A stretch of 64,000 nt of DNA, from contig JBFLZG010000105.1 in assembly GCA_040756235.1 (NCBI GenBank), forward strand, positions 1 to 64,000, in the 5' to 3' direction. Positions 55,879-64,000 of the stretch are shown here, one piece after another; positions within the stretch are counted from its first letter, which is position 1, and the number at the start of each line of letters is the position of its first letter. This DNA is from a bacterium (lineage in GTDB: Bacteria > Desulfobacterota > DSWW01). Both the position numbers and the translations under genes were made by a program. The notes beneath the pieces were generated by a model. The model was not told the origin of the DNA. It saw only the letters and a program-made list of their open reading frames with translations, and ran no database searches.

Positions 55879-56085
55879 CTAGAAGCCGATCACCGCGTAA
55901 CCCTGCATGGCACGTCCGAGCAGGAATACGATCAGCCAGGTCATCCCGAGCGTGGCAACCGCAAGCACGCCCTCTTCCACACGGTCTCCGTTGAGTTGCC
56001 TGCGACCCACTCCTTTTCCCAGGTTCCATGCATGGACAGGACTCTCGATTCTCCGATGTCTGATGAGGTCACCGTTCGCTTCCAT
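55879..56085 (-). CDS. Small hypothetical membrane protein (68 aa)
   Basis: GGAGG RBS, ATG start, single C-terminal TM. Confidence 0.5.
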   Translation of the reverse strand: MEANGDLIRHRRIESPVHAWNLGKGVGRRQLNGDRVEEGVLAVATLGMTWLIVFLLGRAMQGYAVIGF

Positions 56086-56393
56086 GACCTGACACCTCCG
56101 CTTGGAGTCTGTTGCCGGGCAGACAAGACCGATGCAATTGCCGGACCGTCCGCGAGACCTTGGAAAATGGGTGGATCTGGGAGGAGACGACCGACCGAGA
56201 TGTCGCCATGTCTACAGCAACTGTAGATTATTCGACGGGGGGCGGTGTGACGGTGCCGGGCGACTCCCGTCCTCTGGTCGCCGATCGCGCGCCTCTCCCA
56301 AAAGGGTCCCCGCGGGGCCAATGTGCCTCGGTCGCAAGGGCGAGGAGCCGATGCGACTCAGAGTATTGCTTGAGAAACGGAGATCCGTGAGTC

Positions 56394-56409
56394 TGGCACG
56401 GTTGATGCT
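56394..56409 (+). promoter_or_regulatory. Sigma54 (-24/-12) promoter
   Basis: TGGCACGGTTGATGCT, GG-N10-GC. Confidence 0.65.
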
Positions 56410-56625
56410 GCGCTTCTCGAGCGTGACACCCTGTTCAGTGGAGACGGCCGGAGAAATCCGCAGGCCATGCTCCGGAACCCAGGCTCCGGCCAGAGAGGAG
56501 GCGCGACCATGAAGAGCCAAATACCCAAGCCGGGTTGCGCCATTCTGATAAGGGCTACCCGCCTGCGGTCTACCCTGAGAGGCTGACCGGAGGGTAGCCC
56601 CTCAGCAAGGAAAGGAGACGAAGCC

Positions 56626-57078
56626 ATGGAAGCAACAAGGAAGTCCAAGATCTCATTTCTGGCAGCCCTTGCCGCCGTCCTCACCGTTTGCATCGGTTTC
56701 CCCACGATGTCTGCGGCAACCACAACGATGACGCTGACGGGCACCCTGGTGCCGCCAAGGAACGAAGTGGGCCTGAACGACTACGTGCTCGAGCTCCGGA
56801 ACCATAAGAGGGTGGTCCTGCAAGTCACGGATGCGTACGTGCTGACCCGGACTGGAACCACCGGGAACTCGAGTGCATGGTCGATCCTGAACCGGATGGG
56901 TAGCCAGAAGATCACCGTCCTTGGCGGAGACCAGGAGCTGATCCGGACCTTGACCGATCCCGGGGTCCTGTGCAAAGGAGTCCGCATCCAGGGAACGCTT
57001 TACCCATCCAGCGGGAGCTTTCTCATTTCCTCGTTGGAGCAGGCGCCCAGGGAGGACAAACCTGAGAGCTGCCCGTGA
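56626..57078 (+). CDS. Secreted hypothetical protein
   Basis: AAAGGAG RBS and signal peptide. Confidence 0.65.
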   Translation: MEATRKSKISFLAALAAVLTVCIGFPTMSAATTTMTLTGTLVPPRNEVGLNDYVLELRNHKRVVLQVTDAYVLTRTGTTGNSSAWSILNRMGSQKITVLGGDQELIRTLTDPGVLCKGVRIQGTLYPSSGSFLISSLEQAPREDKPESCP

Positions 57079-57294
57079 AGGATGCCGAAGGCGCGTGTGC
57101 AGCCTGGGACCGGATGCCTCCTGGCGAGATGCCGGGAGGCTGGTCGATGAGGCAGGCACGCTCACGACGAACTTCGGACAAGAGGAACGAAACGCCCGAC
57201 GGAAATCTTGCCACGGCCGCGGCTCTTCGGCACTTTCTCCAAGCTCTGGGGACCGCGGCCCCCGAGATCCCGATCGGAAAGCCCGTCATTGCTG

Positions 57295-57939
57295 TCACCG
57301 CTGGGCTGAAGCGATGTAGAAGAAGCCTCCGTAGAGCTCCCGAATGCGCACCTTCTGGAAAGTGTTCTTCATCGCTTCCCACGGCTTCCGCTGCACCAGG
57401 TCCGGAGTGATCCCAAAGGGGCGGGTGATCCACACACCGATCCTGGTCAGCCACGCGGGCGACCACTCCGGCTTCTTCAGGTCGGCAATGACCAGCTTTC
57501 CATCTGTGCGAAGATCCTGCGCGGCCCGGGCGACCACCTCTTCATATTGCGGCACCAGGGAGAGTGCGAGCACCGAGAGAATCCCGTCCGCCGATCCCGG
57601 GAACGAGTACGTTGCGATGTCCGCCTGGACCAGCTCGACATTACCCCAGCCGTGCCGGCCCAGGCGCTCGCGTGCCCTGGCGAGCATGGGCACGCTGAGA
57701 TCGACACCGATGATACGCCCCTCTTCTCCGACCGCATCACGCAAGAACCGGAAGTTCAAGCCGGTCCCGCAGCCGAGCTCGATCACGGTATCACCTCGGC
57801 TGAGGGCCAGGTCCTTCACGGCCATCTTGCGGTACCGGGTCTCCCGGAAGCCGATCAGATAATACAGGTTTGCCAAGAAGTCGTACCCGCGTGCGCGCCT
57901 GCGGTAGAGATCTCTTACCTGCTCTTTGTCGAGTGCCAT
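57295..57939 (-). CDS. Class I SAM methyltransferase
   Basis: VIELGCGTGLNF, GVDLSVPML, VQADI. Confidence 0.88.
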   Translation of the reverse strand: MALDKEQVRDLYRRRARGYDFLANLYYLIGFRETRYRKMAVKDLALSRGDTVIELGCGTGLNFRFLRDAVGEEGRIIGVDLSVPMLARARERLGRHGWGNVELVQADIATYSFPGSADGILSVLALSLVPQYEEVVARAAQDLRTDGKLVIADLKKPEWSPAWLTRIGVWITRPFGITPDLVQRKPWEAMKNTFQKVRIRELYGGFFYIASAQR

Positions 57940-58254
57940 TGGCTACTGCCGCCTTTCTGGGGGCGCGGAACACTCCCCACACCACGCGGAGCTGGGGGTC
58001 TTTGGTTTCGATGCATGCAACGGACGCGGTGTCCGTCATCCGCGCCCCGGTAAGATAGCAGAAATCGCAGTCCTGAGCGCTACGTTTCGCTCCCTCATGG
58101 CATCGTACGGACACCCCTTCCACTTTTGACTGCCTTCTGAGGACGCCGGATCCTGTGAAGCCATGCGGTGTCCGGGATCATGCTCACCGATTCCCCCCGT
58201 TCCCGGACACTGAAAAGCTGCTGACTGTTCTCAGAGGGAGAGGAGGGAAGTGAC

Positions 58255-59418
58255 ATGGGCCGCGGAGCCGGAGGATCCGCGTTTCTGCCGAGAGAATCTC
58301 TCGGAGATCTGATCCGGTCGCTGCAGGAAAGGGGCTACATGGTGGTGGGCCCCACCGTCCGGGGGGAAACGGTCCTCCTAAGGCCACTCGACGGAGTCGG
58401 CGCCCTTCCCCGGGGAAAGAAGGATGTCCAGGGCCCGGGACATTACCGACTGCACGAGAGTGGAGAGGATCTCTTCTTCCAGTGCACCGGCAGCCCGGAC
58501 AGCCCGAAGCGGAGCTTCTTCCCGCCGCGCCAGCCGTTGTTCCGATTCCATACCGAAGCAGAAGGGTTCGCCTACGACGAGACCGGCCTCGAGGCGCCCC
58601 GGCTCGCCCTGGTCGGCGTGCGCGCCTGCGACGTGGCCGCCGTTCTCATCCAGGACCGGGTGTTCGGCGCTTCCCCGGACCTGGCGGTGAGCCGCTGCGA
58701 GGCCGACCGGTACTACGGGCAGGCGCGCAGAGGAGCCTTCCTGGTGGCCGTGAACTGCACGGAGCCGGGCGCGACCTGCTTCTGCGCCTCCATGGAGACC
58801 GGCCCGTGCGCGCGCGAGGGATTCGACCTGGCCATGACCGAGCTGCGCAGCGGCTTCGTGGTGGAAAGCGGGTCGCAAGCGGGCGAGGAGCTCCTGGGGG
58901 AGCTGCCGGTCCTCCCGGTCTCGCCGGCCGAGCAGGAGCTCGCTGATCTGAAGCTCCAGAGAGCGTGCGAGCACATGGGCCGGCGCCTCGAGACCGAAGG
59001 CCTGGTGGAGATGCTGGACCGCACGATCGAGCACCCGCGCTGGGATCAGGTCGCCCGCAGGTGCCTGTCCTGCGGCAACTGCACCCTGGTCTGCCCCACC
59101 TGTTTCTGCAGCACCGCTTCCGAAGCGAGCGGGTTGGAGACCGGCTCCTTCGCGCGCGACCTGAGCTGGGAATCCTGCTACACCCACGAGTTCAGCTATC
59201 TCACCACCGGGCCGCACCGCAACACGATCCGGGGGCGGTACCGCCACTGGCTGCGGCACAAGCTGGGCACCTGGTGGGAGCAGTTCGGGACGAGCGGGTG
59301 CGTCGGGTGCGGCCGCTGCATCACCTGGTGCCCGGTGGGGATCGACATCACCGAGGAGGCGGCCGCCCTGCGCCTGGGGGAGGGGAAGGCAGAGCCGCGG
59401 GCAGGCTCCAGCTTTTGA
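58255..59418 (+). CDS. Group 3b hydrogenase beta subunit (AsrA-like 4Fe-4S dicluster)
   Basis: GVRACD, NCT...[32 protein letters not shown]. Confidence 0.92.
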   Translation: MGRGAGGSAFLPRESLGDLIRSLQERGYMVVGPTVRGETVLLRPLDGVGALPRGKKDVQGPGHYRLHESGEDLFFQCTGSPDSPKRSFFPPRQPLFRFHTEAEGFAYDETGLEAPRLALVGVRACDVAAVLIQDRVFGASPDLAVSRCEADRYYGQARRGAFLVAVNCTEPGATCFCASMETGPCAREGFDLAMTELRSGFVVESGSQAGEELLGELPVLPVSPAEQELADLKLQRACEHMGRRLETEGLVEMLDRTIEHPRWDQVARRCLSCGNCTLVCPTCFCSTASEASGLETGSFARDLSWESCYTHEFSYLTTGPHRNTIRGRYRHWLRHKLGTWWEQFGTSGCVGCGRCITWCPVGIDITEEAAALRLGEGKAEPRAGSSF

Positions 59419-59439
59419 AATGTCCGGGGAGAGAATCCG

Positions 59440-60315
59440 ATGACCACCCAGTGGGAGCGCACCCGCGTGGAGCCGGTCTGCGGGCTGGAGTCCTGGCACC
59501 CGGTTCCCGCCAGGATCGTGGAGATACGGCCTGAGAACTTCAACACCTACACGATCGGGCTGGAGATCCAGGACCCGGCGGCCCGGGCCTCTTATCGGTG
59601 GCTGCCCGGCCAGTTCAACCTGCTCTACGCGCCAGGGGTCGGAGAGGCGGCCTTCTCCATCGCGTCGGACCCGGAGAGCACCGGGCCTCTCCAGCACACG
59701 ATCCGCAAGGTGGGGTCGGTCACGCGCGCCATCGGCCGCATCGGCATGGGCGGCCTGGTCGGGCTGCGCGGTCCCTTCGGCACGCACTGGCCGATCGACC
59801 TCCTGGAGCGCAAGGACGTGGTGATGGTCTCCGGCGGCATCGGTCTGGCGCCCCTGAGGCCGATGGTCTACTGGCTCCTGCGCCACCGCGAGGTCTGCAA
59901 CCGCGTCATCCTCCTGTACGGCTGCCGCACCCCCGAGGACCGGCTCTATGCCGAGGAGCTCAGGCAGTGGGAGGCGGACCGACGGATCGACGTGCTCGTC
60001 ACCGTGGACAACATGACCGGCGCGTGGGCGGGGCCGGTGGGCGTCGTCACGCACCTGCTTTCGCGGCTGCGCGTCAACGCCGAGCGGACGGTGGTGATGG
60101 TGTGCGGGCCCAAGATCCTGAACCGCGCCGCGGCGTGGCAGTTCCTGCAGCTCCACGTGCCGGAGAACCAGGTGTTCGTCTCCCTCGAGCGGAGCATGAA
60201 CTGCGGGTTCGCCCGCTGCGGGCACTGCCAGTACGGCGCCAAGTTCGTCTGCCGGGACGGGCCGGTGTTCTGCTTTTCCGACATCGCCCACATCTTCGGC
60301 AGGGAGGAGATCTGA
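59440..60315 (+). CDS. Group 3b hydrogenase gamma subunit (FAD/NAD(P), 2Fe-2S)
   Basis: [38 protein letters not shown]. Confidence 0.92.
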   Translation: MTTQWERTRVEPVCGLESWHPVPARIVEIRPENFNTYTIGLEIQDPAARASYRWLPGQFNLLYAPGVGEAAFSIASDPESTGPLQHTIRKVGSVTRAIGRIGMGGLVGLRGPFGTHWPIDLLERKDVVMVSGGIGLAPLRPMVYWLLRHREVCNRVILLYGCRTPEDRLYAEELRQWEADRRIDVLVTVDNMTGAWAGPVGVVTHLLSRLRVNAERTVVMVCGPKILNRAAAWQFLQLHVPENQVFVSLERSMNCGFARCGHCQYGAKFVCRDGPVFCFSDIAHIFGREEI

Positions 60316-61113
60316 GGATGCCTGCGAAACCCAGCCTGCTGGAGGCCGGCGCGGAAGCCAGGCCGAAGCTGGCCGTCTACAAGTTCACGAGCTGCGATGG
60401 CTGCCAGCTCTCCATCCTGAACCTGGAGGAGAAGCTGCTCGATCTGGTCGGGGCGGTCGAGGTGGCCTTCTTTCTCGAAGCGCGCCGGCGCGTGCTGCCG
60501 CCGCCCTACGACATCGGGCTGGTCGAAGGAAGCATATCGACCCAGGAGGAAGAAGCGCGCATTCGCCAGGTCCGGCTCGACTGCAGGTTTCTCGTGACCA
60601 TCGGGGCCTGCGCCACCTCGGGCGGGATCCAGGCCCTGCGGAACTGGGCCGACATCAGGGAGTACGAGTCCGCGGTCTACCCCGGGCCGGCGCACATCCG
60701 CCCCCTGGAGACCTCGACCGCCATCGCCTCCCACGTCTTCGTGGATTTCGAGCTGCGCGGCTGCCCGATCAACCAGGAACAGGTCCTGGAGCTGGTTGCC
60801 GCCATGCTGACCGGCAGGAGGCCCAACGTCCCGACCTACAGCGTGTGCATGGAGTGCAAGCGGCTGGGCTACCCGTGCGTGCTCGTCTCTCGGGGAATGC
60901 CCTGCCTGGGCCCGATCACCCAGACCGGGTGCGGCGCGCTCTGCCCCTCGGTGAGCCGCGCCTGCTACGGGTGCTACGGGCCGATGGAGCAGCCGAACAT
61001 CGAATCTCTGGGCGCGTGGTTCACCAGGCTCGGCTTCCAGCCGAGAGATATCCAGCGCATGCTGCGGAACTTCAACGGCTACCTGGAACCTTTCAAGCAG
61101 GCGAGTGATCGTT

Positions 61114-62507
<1,394 letters not shown>

Positions 62508-62511
<4 letters not shown>

Positions 62512-63032
62512 GCCGCGACGGCCCCGCTCCTCCTGCTTCGGCTCCAGCCCCGGCCCCCCTTCTGGTCATTCTCTGCGGAAACCCCCTTGCCGGAGACGAT
62601 GCTTTCGGGTCGCTGGTGGCGCGCGGTCTGGAGGCACGGGCTCCGGCCGGGGTGGAGTGGGTGGCGGCCGCGCTCTGCCCCGCCTTCCGCGCGATCGATC
62701 TCCTTGCCGGCCGGCGTGCGATCCGGGTCGTGGACGCGGTCCGCTGGCCGGGTGTCGAGGCCGGGCGGCTGATCGATCTCGGCTGGTTCGAGGGGGTGCG
62801 GCCGCACCTGGAGAGCGAGACGGTGGTGAGCACCCACCGGCTCTCCGTGGCCCTCGAGCTGGATCTGGCAGACTCGCTTGGGCTGCTTCCGCATGACGTG
62901 CGCCTTCTGGGCGTCACGATCGGGCCGGCGGGAAAGACGGGGACCCGCCCGTCCCCGGCCGTGGAGCAAGCGGCGCGCTGGGTGCTTCGAAAGATCGAGG
63001 CCGAAGCCGCGCGCGCGTTATCGAGCATTTGA
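62508..63032 (+). CDS. Hydrogenase maturation protease
   Basis: GNPLAGDDAFG, VDA, STH; GTGA overlap with the large subunit gene. Confidence 0.85.
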
Positions 63033-63461
63033 GGAGGAGGAACTTCGCATCCGGGGAGCCTCTCCCGGACAGTGTTGAAGCGAATGCGAACGCGGTGTGC
63101 GACGCGAGCGAGAGGTCCGGGTACCAAGGCCGCCGGCAGTTGGCAGGGATACGGGTCTTCCTGAGACGCCTGCGAACCATGGAGCCGGAAGAATACGCGG
63201 CCGCAATCGAAGCGGCCGGCATCCCTGCCGGGGAAGAGGTGCGCCATGGCCATCCTGCCGCCGGGGACCGGGGGCCTGGAGACCACGGCCGCGGGGAGCA
63301 CGCCCACTGATCGAGCTTCGCCACGCCTGGGGGAAAGCCGCTTGCTTGCTTTTTCCCTGCAGGCCATCTTCGTCTTCTCCGATCATGCCGCACAAAATCA
63401 CCCCTAACGGGAATGTACGGGATTCGAGCGTGGGAGGCTTCTGGCCTGACTCTCCCCTCCG

Positions 63462-64000
63462 CTACACGTCCGCGCGCCCGAGCCGGAGCGCGTTGCCCAC
63501 GACCGATACCGAGCTGAAGCTCATGGCGGCCGCTGCGATGATCGGACTGAGCAGGAGCCCGAAGGACGGGTAGAGGACCCCGGCCGCAAGCGGTACGCCC
63601 GCCGAGTTGTAGGCGAAGGCGAAGAAAAGGTTCTCCCGGATGTTCCGCATCGTGAGCCGGCTCAGGCGGCGCGCCCGGGCGATGGCGCGCAGATCGCCTT
63701 TCACCAGCGTGACCCCGGCGCTCTCCATGGCCACGTCAGTCCCGGTCCCCATAGCGATGCCGACTTGGGCCTGGGCCAAGGCCGGCGCGTCGTTGATGCC
63801 GTCGCCCGCCATGGCGACGACGCGCCCCTGCTCCTGGAGTGCTCGGACGGCCTCGGCCTTCTGGTCCGGAAGTACTTCGGCCCTCACCTCGTCGATGCCG
63901 AGCTTGCGGGCCACGGCCTCGGCTGTCGTGGCGCTGTCGCCGGTCAGCATGACGATCCGCACTCCTTCCTCGTGCAGGGTGTGGACCGCTTCGGGCGTGC
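63462..64000 (-). CDS. copA: P1B-type copper-translocating ATPase, C-terminal part (cut by window edge)
   Basis: [25 protein letters not shown]. Confidence 0.9.
   Translation of the reverse strand, partial: TPEAVHTLHEEGVRIVMLTGDSATTAEAVARKLGIDEVRAEVLPDQKAEAVRALQEQGRVVAMAGDGINDAPALAQAQVGIAMGTGTDVAMESAGVTLVKGDLRAIARARRLSRLTMRNIRENLFFAFAYNSAGVPLAAGVLYPSFGLLLSPIIAAAAMSFSSVSVVGNALRLGRADV

Noticed and set aside
56520..56545. AGCCGGGTTGC resembling the 3' end of a c-di-GMP-I riboswitch
   Set aside because: The upstream GCAAA and GNRA-stem elements are not found
63029..63310. 93-aa ORF after the hydrogenase protease
   Set aside because: TTG start and no recognisable motif; it could be a remnant but cannot be supported

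Overview
High-GC bacterial DNA, most likely from an anaerobic Desulfobacterota-like ('deltaproteobacterial') organism; the taxonomy is inferred from gene content only. About 55 genes are supportable. They cover acyl-CoA metabolism, a tandem DUF2148 pair, a class IV aminotransferase, a Lol-like ABC cassette, MsrAB, WecB, a LarA-like protein, a plsB-like/gpsA/HAD-phosphatase lipid cluster, an RND efflux operon, a metal-associated accessory region, a group 3b [NiFe] hydrogenase operon and a truncated CopA. Four observations stand out. (1) A PrdB/GrdB-type selenoprotein is split by the ORF caller at an in-frame UGA that is followed by a clear SECIS-like hairpin. (2) A seven-gene cluster (Rrf2, degenerate macrodomain, HmcE/DsrM-like membrane protein, HmcF/DsrK-like Fe-S protein fused to a receiver domain, degenerate histidine kinase, single-domain response regulator, Cys-rich PAS kinase) looks like a respiratory module wired into phosphosignalling. 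(3) An RND permease and a TolC protein are fused in one ORF, joined by an internal signal-peptide-like linker. (4) Intergenic spaces are filled with REP-type palindromes, some nested in MITE-like shells, one of which sits in a REP hairpin loop with a 4-bp duplication. No rRNA, tRNA, CRISPR array or intact transposase was seen. All calls come from reading motifs by eye; no database searches were run.
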